A stretch of DNA of 64,000 bases from Cladosporium halotolerans (Eukaryota): the NCBI RefSeq assembly GCF_011745625.1, contig NW_027191453.1, forward strand, positions 806,001 to 870,000, read 5' to 3'. The position numbers and the translations under genes are program-made. The notes under the pieces are model-generated. The model was not told where the DNA came from and ran no database searches. It saw only the letters and a list, made by a program, of their open reading frames with translations. The number at the start of each line of letters is the position of its first letter. The first letter of the stretch is position 1. This document shows, one piece after another, positions 1 through 12,296 of the stretch.

Positions 1-793
1 TGCTCGTCACGCAGGCGAGCCGTCTGTGAATCGGCGAGTTCCCGGTCAAGATTTTGTCCCTGAGCGCGGCCCGCCGCACATGGCGGCGATCGCCGTTTCA
101 AACGCACAAAAGCGCAAGGCCGAGTCCCGACGAGTGAGGCGATTCGTGTTTCTGGAAGAGCATGTCTCTTTGCAACTCTATCGCGAAGGTGATACTTGCA
201 GTAGTCGTCACAGCTCGACAGCTAGTTGAAGATCTCTCATCCTCCTTATCTCCCTCCCACGTCCCTCCCATGCGCCACCAAGATCGATAAGCAGCCGTGC
301 TCGACAATCTCCACTAACGGCCCCCTGCGGCCGCGGAGGTCGGAGCGACGGCATTGCTCGTGTCCACACGAGGTCTATTTGCGTGTAAAGAACGACCACT
401 ATCGTCATCTAGCGACGCTCGACCATCACGCCGTTTCTTAATAGCACGGAGAACACACGTCACTGGAATTCTGGGGTCAATGAACGCATCCGTTGGCGAC
501 CAACACGGCGAAATCGGATTATGCTGCCGGAACAAATTTGCCGATGCGAAGGCAGCTGCGGTAAACAAGAGTCCACCCTATCTCCTGAAAACCGAAAAGA
601 GTATGCTTTGCACAACAAGGCACGGCAGAAACTCCGAGGTGACAATGGTCGAAAAAGGCGGCTCGCAGGTCACCCTTGCTAGCTGCCGCCAATCAATTGA
701 TGCTTTTTATACATACCGTTCTCTATCCAGGATGCGCCGAACTCCTCGCTAAAGCGCGTGCAACCTGTCAGTCCATTCGCCCACGCAGTGGCG

Positions 794-3388
794 TTAGTCA
801 TCGACAATATCATCATCCTCCAGCACCAACTTCTCGACCTGACTCTCTACCGGAATGCCGAGTCCTCCACCTTCGTATTTAGTGCCCGCGCCCGGCCTGC
901 GCTTCGCTTTCGTCCCTCTCAAACGGCCGGAGGCGTCCGCGTCCGGTTTATCCGTTGCCCACTGCTCTCCCGCCTGACCTTCTTGATCTCCAGCAGCGTC
1001 GAACTCCTCGTCGTTGTCATTCTCTGGAACAGCACTGGACGCAATGCGTGTTACGCTCAGAATCTGGTCGAGAGCTGATGGTGGCGCTTTAGAGGATTCC
1101 AGTATGCGGGCCATGTAAGGCAAGCGATCGATCAGCATCTCCGTTTTCGCGGACGGCATGGCTGTGCTGCCTCCTGAAGTACCGTCCGCTTCGCGCTTCC
1201 AGCTAGCCACACCGGAATCGGCGCCTCTCACCCGCGCTGGCCCATCACCGTCCAAACCGCCCTTTTGCACCTTGTCCGTGAGCAGCTGCAGCATATCTTC
1301 AATTTCCTCCCTTTTGCGCCATAGCTTGAGCGACTTCGGGTAAAACATGTGATGTGAATCTCCTCGCTTTCCATTAGCCGGCGTGCTCCTGTGCACTGGA
1401 CACGGAAGACTGAAAAGAACTCCGCGTACAGCAGCCTGGAAAGACATCTCGTCTTGCCTCAAGGTGTCGGTAGCCGAGCCGGAAAATGCGCGCGTGCCAA
1501 ACGAGAAGCGGTCGAGCGACAGCAGATCCGCATCGGAAATGCTGTCAATGCAGCCGTTAATGCTATCAAGGGTGTCTTCGGAGCTAGAACATGAACAGGA
1601 GAGCGCATAGTTCTCGTGCAGAGCGGCGATGTAGGTTGTAGGGTCAGTCCCCAGCTCGTCGATTAGTCGATCCACATCCGTCTCCGGTACCTTGCTGCGC
1701 CGATGTTGCGGCAACCAAGGTGGAGGTTGCGCAAGACTGGCTTCGTGATCTGGGGATTTCCGCTTGTTGTAAACGATTTTGCCCACCGAGTGAAAGATAC
1801 CTAAGCTGTTTTCGCGATTACTGATAAGTTTGAGAGCCTCTTCCTCTGCTTTCGTCAGGCTGGGCTCGCCCTTGGCCTTTTTCGGTTTGGTGAATGCCAC
1901 TCTTGAAGACCACGTATCTCCGTCGTCCCCGAGAAGACAGAGAAATTCCAATGACGAGACGGCACTGCGGATGTCTCCCGTTTCTGCAATGTGTTTGAGA
2001 ACAAGCGGACCGGGCGTTTTGCGTCTGCCGGACCGACGCGCTTCCTTCACGACTATCCCTTCGAGAGCCTTCGTCAAGATAGTCGGAGCTATGGCGTTGA
2101 ACTCGATGGTGTCGAGCCACGGATTGCTCAGAAGTTCGGGACCCAGCAATCGGTGTGCAGTGAAGCTATCCGCTGAAGCCGTGCTGGTTGAGAGCAGTGT
2201 CTCTGATACCACGAGTACGATAGGCGTCGGTGTGCCGTTCATCACAGGCTGTGATGCCAGGTATTGAGCGATGGCTGCACGGAATGATTGGAGAGCAGGG
2301 GAGGTTCTTGAGAAGGTGTTCGGAAATTCTTCGACGAGCAATAATTCTTTTCGGTCTGGGGAACTGTTGTCACCGAGTGTCTGCGAATCATCTGGTGCTT
2401 TCGACAGGCCAATGTTGTCGCTCGACACAAGATTGAGGCCTCCGGATTTCCCAGCGCGACCGATGAAGTCTTCGAATTGCGCGGATGCAGTCATCGAGCC
2501 CTCTGACGTGAGATCGTTGCCAGCAGGGTTCTTCCACTCCGTGATCTCCACATCCATGTCTTTAGCGAGCAGCTCGATCGTAGTCGTCTTCGCCGTGCCC
2601 GCAGCACCCTTCAACAGGAGGATCCTTTGTCGTTTGCCACTGTAAGCGGCATTTAGCCAATTTCGCACATCGGCGACCTTTCGCTTGTGGACTGCTAACT
2701 CATCAAGGTTGGTGGGACCGAATTGCACGACCCAGGGACGCTTGTCTTCATTGACAATGGAAATCGGAGCTGCACGTTGACCATCGCTTGTTTTGCGAAA
2801 TTTCTGAGAAGGCGGTAGATGTAAGCTAGCATCGTCCTGCAAGCCATTGTGACTCTTCCGTTTGCGCATCGCCAGTGCTACGCTGGAGCCTTTGGAAACG
2901 GTAAGCGACGAGCCATTGCCTTCGTCCGAGTCGATTGTCTCCGGGTCCTCGAGCGGCGTCGCAGATTTCGCGGGGCTTGCTGACCGCTGAGAGGATTGTT
3001 GCCGCTGAGTGGCTGCATTGAAGAAGGAATAAATTGGCTTGGACTTCGACTTCGTATCTTCTTGGGCGGATGCTTTCAGTTTGCTTTGTGCAGCTCTCGC
3101 TTTGCTGGGTGAGGCTTGTGGCTTGACCTCTGCATGCTTGCCCTTGCTGACTGCTTTCTTTTGGGGAGAGCTTTGGGGACCCGTAGCCGGCACAGAAGAG
3201 CTCTGTGCAGGTTCATGCTGCCTTGAAGACTTGCGTAGTGATCTCAATTTGCCCTTGACGGGCTTCATGATCTCGGCTTTCCCCTCAACATCATTGTTCG
3301 GGTTCGTGGCCAAATTCGCAGTGACATTCTCATCCTCATCTGAAGACACCTGCACGACCTTCCGCCTCGAAGCTCGAGGTTGGCCCAT
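794..3388 (-). CDS. RAD17: Cell cycle checkpoint clamp-loader subunit Rad17/Rad24 (AAA+)
   Basis: 864-aa single-exon ORF. It has the Rad17-typical PW..FGP.NLDELAVHKRKV.DVR.WL motif, P-loop LLLKGAAGTAKT, variant Walker B LLLVEEFPN, GDIRSA..SLEF and LGIFHSVGKIVYNKR. Confidence 0.93.
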   Translation of the reverse strand: MGQPRASRRKVVQVSSDEDENVTANLATNPNNDVEGKAEIMKPVKGKLRSLRKSSRQHEPAQSSSVPATGPQSSPQKKAVSKGKHAEVKPQASPSKARAAQSKLKASAQEDTKSKSKPIYSFFNAATQRQQSSQRSASPAKSATPLEDPETIDSDEGNGSSLTVSKGSSVALAMRKRKSHNGLQDDASLHLPPSQKFRKTSDGQRAAPISIVNEDKRPWVVQFGPTNLDELAVHKRKVADVRNWLNAAYSGKRQRILLLKGAAGTAKTTTIELLAKDMDVEITEWKNPAGNDLTSEGSMTASAQFEDFIGRAGKSGGLNLVSSDNIGLSKAPDDSQTLGDNSSPDRKELLLVEEFPNTFSRTSPALQSFRAAIAQYLASQPVMNGTPTPIVLVVSETLLSTSTASADSFTAHRLLGPELLSNPWLDTIEFNAIAPTILTKALEGIVVKEARRSGRRKTPGPLVLKHIAETGDIRSAVSSLEFLCLLGDDGDTWSSRVAFTKPKKAKGEPSLTKAEEEALKLISNRENSLGIFHSVGKIVYNKRKSPDHEASLAQPPPWLPQHRRSKVPETDVDRLIDELGTDPTTYIAALHENYALSCSCSSSEDTLDSINGCIDSISDADLLSLDRFSFGTRAFSGSATDTLRQDEMSFQAAVRGVLFSLPCPVHRSTPANGKRGDSHHMFYPKSLKLWRKREEIEDMLQLLTDKVQKGGLDGDGPARVRGADSGVASWKREADGTSGGSTAMPSAKTEMLIDRLPYMARILESSKAPPSALDQILSVTRIASSAVPENDNDEEFDAAGDQEGQAGEQWATDKPDADASGRLRGTKAKRRPGAGTKYEGGGLGIPVESQVEKLVLEDDDIVDD

Positions 3389-3510
3389 GCCGCATGCTGG
3401 AACCGCAGCAGTCGCTTGGCGGCATGAGTATCCGATGTGTGAGAGTCGAGTTCAGGTGATGAGACGAATAAGCAAAGCAGCCTAGCGGTACCGAAAGCTC
3501 GGTCGCCTTG

Positions 3511-3532
3511 ACGCGCGACTTCCCCCACGCGT
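3511..3532. promoter_or_regulatory. Putative MCB-like elements (ACGCGCG at 3511, ACGCGT at 3527) upstream of RAD17
   Basis: An exact ACGCGT lies about 140 bp upstream of the ATG of a DNA-damage checkpoint gene. MCB boxes are known MBF sites in ascomycete replication/repair genes. The motif is short and could be chance. Confidence 0.35.
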
Positions 3533-3955
3533 GATCATGTGACTGATAAAGTGCACCGAACAGCGAATCCCTGCCCGGTTCATGCGCCCAAGCGATCGTC
3601 GCAATATCCATACAGTATGAGTGCATAAGGTGGCAGCCCGTGGTACACTCTCTGGCGGAGAAATTGCGCCAATACTATTTCCAAGGCCAAAAGCTGCACG
3701 CCAAACCCGACACCCGACTTAGGACCTCCAATCGCCGCCAGCGACCCAAGCGCTGCGGCCCCCAATGCCCCGTGCCCTGGCGCCCGGAGCCAAGCTCCAG
3801 ATCTCCGGAACTCAATGACGATACCAGGAAACCCGCTATAGCTCTGTAGATCAAATCAACACCTCGTCGCATCGAAGCTCCTGAACAAAACCACCTCCCC
3901 TCCGAAGCTCCAACACCATCCACCAGCACAACACAACACATCAGCCTCGCCCACC

Positions 3956-4468
3956 ATGTCAACCGCCTCGCGCAACTTCTTCGCCAACCTCCCCCCGCCA
4001 GCCGAATGCCTCGCGATCCTCGTCGGCACCGCGGAAATCACCATCTTCGGCCTCGCCGGCTTCGCCGACCCGCCCTCCTTCGCCTCAGGCTTCGGCCTGC
4101 CCATCGCTCCCCCTCCCTCCTCAGACGCCAAGCTCGAAGCCAACACCGCATCCTCCTCCTCCTCCTCAACGACCCCAGCCGAAGAATCGACGGCGCAAAA
4201 GACGCAGCGCGGGCTGGTGCTCGCGCTCGCGGCGCGCAACCTGGAGAAAGGGCTGACGCTGCTGGCGTTTGCGTGCTACTGGCGGGACCGCAAGGCGCTG
4301 GGGACATGCGTGTTTGCGGGCTTGGTGACGACGGCGGCGGACTTTTTGGTCGTCAAGTGGTATGGTGTGCAGGACGCGGCGTTCGGGCATGTGATTGGGA
4401 TCGCGAACTGTGGGTTGATTGGTGGTGCGCTGCTGTATTGGGGTAGGGAGGGGCAGTGGTTTTCTTGA
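3956..4468 (+). CDS. Small membrane protein, DUF4267-like
   Basis: 170-aa ORF with good start context (cccaccATG) and several hydrophobic helices. The FGLP and LAARNL..GL.L...RKALG......AD pattern resembles DUF4267 proteins. Confidence 0.65.
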   Translation: MSTASRNFFANLPPPAECLAILVGTAEITIFGLAGFADPPSFASGFGLPIAPPPSSDAKLEANTASSSSSSTTPAEESTAQKTQRGLVLALAARNLEKGLTLLAFACYWRDRKALGTCVFAGLVTTAADFLVVKWYGVQDAAFGHVIGIANCGLIGGALLYWGREGQWFS

Positions 4469-4680
4469 GGGGGGTTGTAGGTTGGGAGTTGGCGCGCGGG
4501 GGTGGGCATGATGATCATCTGATGTTTGAGGAGGCGCACCGGGAGGGGGTTGATTTACAGGTGGATATTATGGTTGGTGGGCTATCTAGTTCATAACAGG
4601 GCTAAAAGATCAAATTGCTTGCTTTTTGATTGGAAGGCGTCACGCCAGAAGGAAACATCGTGAAGGTCGCGCGTACAAGC

Positions 4681-6458
4681 TTACACGTTGAGCTCGACGA
4701 CGTCGCCGTCGAGCTTGTCGTGGTACTTCTGGAGAGCGGCCTTGACCTTAGTGCTGATGAGTCTTTCAACGATTTCGGGCGAGCGACCGACGAAGCTGCT
4801 GGGGTCGGTGAGGCTGTCGATCTCGGAGAGGATGGGCTTGAAGAACTCTGCAACCTTGATGCGGTCGATCAGGTCGTTGTCCTTGCCCTCCTGCTTGACC
4901 ATGGCACCGGCCTGGTGGGAGAGGACACGGATCTCCTCGTGAGTGTCCTGGCGAGAGTAGCCCTTCTCGACCATAGCCATGATGATGTTCTCGGTTGCCA
5001 TCTGTGGGAAGAACATTAGTCGTGGATAATGTAGGCCAGAAAAACGCAGCGACTTACGAAAGGAAGCTCAGCCTCGACTCGCCTCTTGATGACGGCGGGG
5101 TAGACGACAAGGCCGGAAGAAATGTTGTTGAGCTGTAAGATAGAAGCGTCAGCCAAACTCCACGTCAATTTTGACTCTTTCTAAGATCAAAGACGTACCA
5201 GCATGATGCAAGCATCAGCGCAGAGGAAGCCCTCGGGAAGAGTGATACGCCTGATGGCAGAGTCGTCAAGCGAACGCTCAAGCCACTGGGAAGCGTAGGT
5301 CTGCTCAGCGTCGCCACCGAAGTTCCTCATCTTGCGGCCAAGCGAGCAGAGACGCTCACTCCTCATGGGGTTACGCTTGTAGGCCATGGCAGAAGAGCCG
5401 ATCTGGTCGGCCTCGAAAGGCTCCTCGATCTCCTTGAACATGGCAAGGTGCCTGATGTCACCACCGATGCGCTCGACAGTGCAGCCGAAAGAACCAATGG
5501 CGTGCAGAACGTCGACGTCGATCTTGCGAGAGTAGGTCTGAGAAGTGCTGATCTCAGCAGCGTTGAAGCCGGCCTTCTTGGTGACAAGCTCGTCGAGCTT
5601 CTCTACTTGGTCGTGGTCGCCCTTGAAGATGGCAAGGAAAGAACCTTGGGTACCAGTGGTTCCCTTGACACCACGGAACTCAGTGAGAAGATCATCGCGG
5701 ACACGCTCAAGGTTGCGCAGGTCGTAAAGCAGGTCAGTGATCCAGAGAGAAGCGCGCTTGCCGACCGTGACGAGCTGAGCGGGCTGACCGTGGGTGTAAC
5801 CGAGACAGGGCAGAGAACGGTGCTCCATGGCAAACTTGGACAGGCAGTGGATGACGTTGGCGAGCTTGGGAATGATCAGGTTCAGGGCATCCCTGAGGAA
5901 GATCTGCTATTGTTAGTGCTGTAACAAAACACCAGTCGTTTTCGCAAGCCTACCAGGTCGGCATTGTCGGTGACGTAGCTATAGGACATTAGCTTGATGG
6001 AACCCCCAATTCGAGCTGCGATTACAATTACTCACCAAGAAGTTGCACCCCAGTGGATGATGCCAGCAGCCTCCGGCGCCACAAGACCGTAAGTGTGAAC
6101 GTGGGCCATGACATCGTGGCGTCTGCGCTTCTCCTCGAGCGCCGCAGCGGCGAACTCGTCGTCCTCGATGTAGATGTGCTCCTTCAGCTGAGCAATAGCT
6201 TCCTCAGAGATATCGAGGCCAAGCTCGCGCTCCGACTCAGCGAGATAAACCCAGAGCTGTCTCCAGGTGCTGAAGCGGTTGCGCGGCGAGAAGATGTACT
6301 GCATCTCCTTCGAGGAGTACCTCGAGTTGAGGGGGCTGGCGTGCGGTCAGCATCGAGCCTTCCATTCGGATGCCAGTGCTGCGAGGCGATTTTTCCGGTG
6401 GGTTGTGAGACCCAATGGGTCAGACATACTTCGCATATGTGTCGAGGCTGGCCGACAT
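4681..6458 (-). CDS. ADE13: Adenylosuccinate lyase, 6 exons (6458-6430, 6335-6036, 5978-5954, 5903-5199, 5132-5058, 5001-4681)
   Basis: The spliced product reads [22 protein letters not shown]...RHDVMAHVH...[19 protein letters not shown]...GYTHGQPAQ...[11 protein letters not shown] (fumarate-lyase signature). All five introns are GT-AG and phase-compatible. Confidence 0.97.
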
Positions 6459-7309
6459 GATGTATGGCGTAGCTACCATGTTGGTTAATCGCGGGTACGG
6501 CCGGAAAAATAAGGTATTATGTAGAGAGCACGCACTGACTCAACGCGCTACGATTTTCTGGTGACGAGAAAACGAATGGTAGTAAGGTGGCGGGAGACAA
6601 GAAAGACGTGCGGTGGAAAGGAGCTGACACACACTGCAGCTGATATATATCACGATGCAGAGAACGGCCTAGAAAAGGATCGGATAGTGCATACAAGTGG
6701 CTGTGGAGTGGAGTCGCCTTGCTCACGCAGCGAATTCACAATTTTTTGTCTGGGATTCCAACGCTGAGGTGCGCGATCGGCGGCCACGGCGGGCGTGGGT
6801 GCTGAGTGCTGCGCCGTCGGTCCCCCGTATACGCAGCCGGCTCGCCCAAAGCCCCTCCAAACACCCTCCACCTCAACCCTGGTCTCGCGCCTCGGTCTTC
6901 TCCAAACCTCCCGCAATCGTGCAAGGGCCAGTTCCCCAAGCCCTCGCGCCCTTCTCCGTGGGATGCCAATTTTTTTCCACCTCACATGGCCGCAGCAGAG
7001 GCCACTATGCTCCCTCTCTCCCCAGACTCACGGCCTGCAGGCCATCCTAGCGCCGCCGAACACGGTACGGCATGGGGGCGGCTACGTGTCCGGCACGGCC
7101 AGACTGTTCGATCGTCGTGCGGTGTCGTTGTAAATAGAAGCCCGTTGCCGGCCTCGCACGCGTCAAATCTCCTGTCCGTCTCGTCGGTCGCTCGCTGCCC
7201 GCTGCTCGTGGACGTCGGGCTCAGGACCACGGCCGTGGTAACGGTCTGTTGCTTATCGCAACCTTGCCTCGTCAGTGGCATCCTTCACTCTCCCCTTCAT
7301 GCCTCACCC

Positions 7310-7543
7310 CTACTCCTCGCGCGGAGTTCCAAAGCCGAAGATGCTCTTGGCCGTCTCCTTCAGGGAGATGTCATTGAAGAGCCATTGGTTGGTGTGGCGG
7401 CCGCATTGCAGGAAAGTGCCTTGGCCCTTGTTGTCATCGCTTCGACGCTTGATGAAGCCCTCGCTGCGTACCGATGGGCTGCTGCTGCGGATCGACTGCG
7501 ATGAAGAAGAGTCCTTGCGCTCGATGTCGTTGTGACTGGACAT
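7310..7543 (-). CDS. Small (77 aa) conserved-looking fungal protein with CGRH.N.WLF motif
   Basis: ATG in strong context (accaaaATG), with TATAAAA on the minus strand at about 7680-7686 and a CA-rich leader. The Ser-rich N-terminus is followed by QCGRHTNQWLFNDIS, a motif type I recall from small Pezizomycotina hypothetical proteins. Confidence 0.6.
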   Translation of the reverse strand: MSSHNDIERKDSSSSQSIRSSSPSVRSEGFIKRRSDDNKGQGTFLQCGRHTNQWLFNDISLKETAKSIFGFGTPREE

Positions 7544-8507
7544 TTTGGTGTTGGTATGTCGTGCTGATCGTATGACTTGCTGTTGGCTAGTGCGTTGAAT
7601 CGTGTATTTGTGATAATTGCTAGTATGTTTGTATGCTATGGAGCTAATCAGGAACACTTCGAACGGGATCCTACCACCCTTTTATAACCCAATGCCACGT
7701 CAACCTGCACTCGACGATATGCATCACGGACATGGCACACGGAAGTGCCATGCCGTCGCCGATACATGGCCGCCTCGTCGCCTGATCCTGCGTAACCAGC
7801 AGCTTCATCTCATTGGGTCACAACGCGAGCGAACCGGTCAGCCCAGGAGTCAGCTGAACCTGTTCCCCACTGGGCTGCAGTAGCACGTTCTTTAGTCGGG
7901 TACGCTGCCGGTGACGCCAAGGGGAGCTGCGACGCTGATTTGGCAATGCCTCTGGCTGTAGGGCTGATCTAAGGTGTAATCTGTACTGGGGAATGCTGCT
8001 ATTCGAGGTGATGATGGCGTCTGATGAGGTGATGAGGCGACGCAACCGACACCACCCATGGTTCACCGCCATTGGCAAACAGAAACACTCCGTCAAACAC
8101 GCAACTCTACACACTGACCACCGCAGAACGAAAACCCACCGTCGCCGCAGTATCCTCGACTTCCGCATCCACGTCACCCTCCTCCGCCGGATGCCAAACC
8201 CCACCACCCCGGCTCCTTCAACCGACCGACCTTGGCAAGGCTGCATGCCCTGCCCCGGCACGCTCACATGACTGGCCGCAACAACGAGCAGCCCTGCAAC
8301 GAGCAGCGTCCGCCGAGCTCTAGGCTTCTGTCCCTATTGGCCACCCCATGCACTGGGACCTGATGTCGCCAGCCGCTACTGCATGGAAGCATGCATGGAA
8401 GCCCCTCGTGCGATCACATGACGGCCTGCACTGCCCGATTTGAATGACGGTGTTGCAGATGCGGCAGGTCGCCGGCGCTTTCATTGGTGTTTGATGCGTG
8501 GAAGGCG

Positions 8508-9031
8508 GCATGGAAGTATGCATTGAAGCTCACGTGCGGAGAGTTGGAGATTGCCCGGGGACGATGCGTTCACATGATAGAGAGATGCGGGCTGCGCTCG
8601 GGCCTTGATGCTGGGCGTACCTCTAGGCCTTATCGTCCCATTGGCGATTGTTGAGAGTCATGTGGACTACATGCAGCGAAGGCGGCATGGAACGATGGTG
8701 GAAGCTAGATGTGACGTGCCAGATTGCTCGGCGAGGCAACTTCAACACGTGCAATTGCAGGCGAGATCGGGCCTGTTCGCTGTGTCCAAACCTCGTAAGG
8801 CAAAGGCTGTCGTTGGATCCCTATGAACATATTGAAGGTAAGGTGCTCTCTCACTACTTGATCGCCAGGCTTCCTCCGAGCCTACTATCGCATCTCAAAA
8901 GTGCCAATCAATTCCCCAACCCCATCTCAGCCGCATCGATCAACGAACAGCAAGCGCTGCGCCTCGCCCTCTCCGATGATGCAGGAGTGCAGCCGCGCTA
9001 ATGCATGGAAGTCTGCACCGAAGCTCACGTG
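8508..9031 (+). repeat. Dispersed 29-bp duplicated element with E-box, within a GCATGGAA motif cluster
   Basis: gcatggaagtatgcattgaagctcacgtg (8508) matches gcatggaagtctgcaccgaagctcacgtg (9003). GCATGGAA also occurs at 8381, 8393 and 8685. Confidence 0.7.
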
Positions 9032-9337
9032 TCAGTCGCCTTGCAGTACCCCTGGGTGAAAGGCAAGGCAGGCGGGGGTTTGGTCATCTCAACTGTGTCA
9101 CGCGCGATTCCAGAAGTTGTGTGGTACATACATACAATACATGCGCGCACGGGCTCGTAAGGGATTGACGTGGCGATGGAAGGGAGAATGCCTCGCCTGA
9201 GCTGAGACGTCAAGAGGGAACAGCATGTGAAGAATGATGATCATACAGTCCAGGGTACATACTCGTGTCGTTCAGTAGCCATTCGATGTCGAAACACGTC
9301 CCTTGCAGTAAAGCCGCGGTTTTTCTCGAAAACCACT

Positions 9338-12027
9338 TCACCTGCCAGCCCCCAACCGGCCCAATCGTTCAGTAACAGCATCCACAAGCGCCGACTCCCT
9401 CTCCAACAACGCCATGACCTGCTGCAACCGTTGCTTCCTAAAGTCAGACGCCACGCCTCCGCTGGCCTGCTTCTTCTCCCGCGACTCCTCGCCCATGCGC
9501 TCGATCGCCTGATCCGCCTGCTTGACAAGCCGCTCCTGCAACTCATCGATCTCGCCGAACCGCGCCGTGAGCGTGCCCTGCGCCTTCTTCCCGCGACTGC
9601 CTCCCGCCGGACTATTAGCAATCTGCAGCAGAGCATTCGGCGACGTCGGCGCAGGCGCATCGTCGCTGAGCGGCGACTTCTCTTTGGCCAAACTCGCCTC
9701 CAGCCTGCCGACCTCGTCCGCGAACGCGCGCTCTTTGGCGCTCAGCTCTTTCCCGCCCAGCATCGCGACCTTTCGGCGCAAGATCTCGACGCGCTCGTTG
9801 AGGTTGCGCGTGTTGGAATTCGCGACCATGATGCGGTGGTCGAGCTTCTCGGTGCCGTACATCTGCGCGTCCTCGATGATCTCGCCTTGCACGCTGGCGC
9901 CGAGCGCGGCCTCGCCGTCGCGCTCGTCGTCGCCCGTCACGGCGTCGACGCGGGCCGCGATCTCGCGCACTTTGGCGACTTGGTCGTAGAGCTCGGAGCG
10001 CAGGCGTTCGCAGCGGCGGAAGAGGTCGGCAGCGGCGAGGTCGAGCTGGTGGGTTTCGTGGGACAGGATGCGGTGGGCGTCTGTGATGATCTGGAGAGTC
10101 TCCGTGGAGAAGCGGAGAGGGGCCTGCATGCTTGCGCGGGCGAGCTCGGACTGCTTGGGACCCAGCAGGTCCGTTATTTGCGAAGGGGTGAAAAACTCCT
10201 TCGGTGGTTGGTATGGCTCTCTGGGCGGAGGCTCTGGCAGTGAGAGCTGTTCGGGTTCGTAAGGGTTAGAAGGGGCCATGGGAATTTCGATGGTGGCGGC
10301 GTAGGGGCCAGAGGGTGTCGCCGTGAGAAGGAAGTAGTTGAGGGAGGTGTCGACGATTGCTGCCGCAGTAGTAGGGTTACTCGCCTCGTCCACGTGTGAC
10401 GACAGTTCGATAGGCTTTTCGATCAGAGTGTTGCCAGACTCAAGGATGACATCCAGCCTGAATTCAAAACCTGCATCGCTGGGGTTGGCTAGCTCGGCCT
10501 CTAGGTCGCCAATCCAGGAGGTGAAATCCAAGCTGTACACGCCGGATGGTGTGGTCGCAAATAGCTCGTAGCGGCCAGCTGGAGAGGACGTAAACGTTGG
10601 CCATGATGTCGCGCTGGCGGTGCCAGACGTGAGATCCAGACTCTCAAACAGGAGCAACTCCTTTCCATCTTCGAGATCATCCATGCCGTACGATCGACTG
10701 CGTTTGACAGGAAGCCATTCGGCCTCAACGCCTTCTAGATCGAGACAGACATGTACCTTGTCAGAGTTGGTCGCGAGGCAGACAATGCCGATGCTGAGCC
10801 CTTCTTCCCCTAGAGGAGCATCCTCCAAGTCCTCACCATACAGTTCTTCGCGGTCGATCGTAGGAGCAATTACATGGATGTCCGTGATCTCGCCGAAGTC
10901 AGGCTCAGGTGACAATGTGAATGGTCCCTGAAGTTTTGGAATGGCACCCAGCCTCTGAGGCCGAGAGTAGATTTCGACGGTGTCAAACTCCGTCGCGCCA
11001 GGCATTGTCAATGGATTCTGAGAGTCCAGCTCAGCAAGCCACTTCGTTTGTGCGTCTGCAGTCCTCTTCTCGGTTTCCGTGGCTTGCGGATCGTGCTGAA
11101 TCGCCCGCGTCTTCGCAACAACGGAAGTGCTGAGCCCTGGCAGCATTGTGCTGGGAACGCGGAATTGGCTGGGCAAGAACGGGCTCAACGCATAAGTGTC
11201 GCCCTCGGTCATGGCAAACCAAAGTGTCATGCTCGACCAGCCATCCTCGTCTTCACTGCCCGAACCACCAAATGCCGCAGCCGCAACTTGCATCTCGACC
11301 TCGTCTGGGGAGAAGCCTCTCTTCGCGCCGTACTTGCTTGCGCTGAAGTCTGCGTTTGTCGAGGTGGCGTTTGCAAGCTTCTTCAGATCGAACGCGATCG
11401 AGGGCTCGTCAAATGTATATCGGTTGTTGATGTCCAGTTCCCACTGGCGCACGCATGCGTCCTTCGTGATCGTAACCAGTGCCGGCGTACCGGGACGTGA
11501 GAGAGGGTGCCAAAGGGCTGTAGCCAGAGGTGCTTGCTCGAGGACGTGCGCAGCCGGTCCAACCTGGAATGATTTGAGGCGAATCTCAGAGTCGTCTCCG
11601 CTGCGGAGGTGCGCAGAGCTTGGGAGGACGCAGACATGGCAGGTGTGAGCCGTCAGAACAGCAAGGAGGCTACCATCCGGCGAGACAGAGAGTTGTGTGA
11701 CGTTCCAAGGCGAAGGCAACTTGAGGACCTGTAGTTTCGTTCAGTGGTTGTTAATTCCATAGCTCCTTATTCCATTCAACAACATACCCTGTATCCTTGC
11801 CCAAGCTGATTCGCGCGGCCATCCTTCTCAGCATCGCGCAATAGTCCCAAGTCACTCCATCGTAGCTCTTTTCCGACCGCGACAAAGACCTCTGTCCCTC
11901 GGTTTGCAACCGTCTTCCTTGCTCCCTCTTGTTGCTGTTTGGCGCCTTGCTGGTTTGGCTGGAAAAGCTTGAAGCCTGGCGATGGTCTCGAGAGCCACTC
12001 GGGCGTATATGAGACAACTTTTGGCAT
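9338..12027 (-). CDS. NUP82: Nucleoporin Nup82/Nup88-like; exons 12027-11788 and 11728-9338
   Basis: N-terminus MPKVVSYTPEWLSRPSPGF, a beta-propeller-like region (ALWHPL...LVTIT.DACVR.WE) and a C-terminal coiled coil. A 59-nt GTATGT...TACAG intron (11787-11729) joins GQGYR to VLKLPSPW. Confidence 0.85.
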
Positions 12028-12296
12028 GGTTCAATAGGCAGTCGGACGGTCCAGTACCTGCGGTGTCTAAGCACAAACGCAGTCGCTGAGATCGTGTCTG
12101 GCTGTTGTTTTTGCGGCCGAGTCGCAAAAGTTGCGGCGCGTAGCCAGCCAAAGCCACGCGCAGCTCACCAAGCAAGCTCCGAGCTTCAGCCTCATCACGT
12201 CGCTGGCTTTCACATGCGACAGCGTCGAGCTTTCCAACCTCACTCAAAGGAATACAACCACTTCGACTGGCGACAGTCAATCTACACCCATCCACC

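Noticed and set aside
1..793. Short overlapping ORFs at the window start
   Set aside because: They show no motifs or coding bias. The region is treated as the 3' flank of RAD17 or intergenic.
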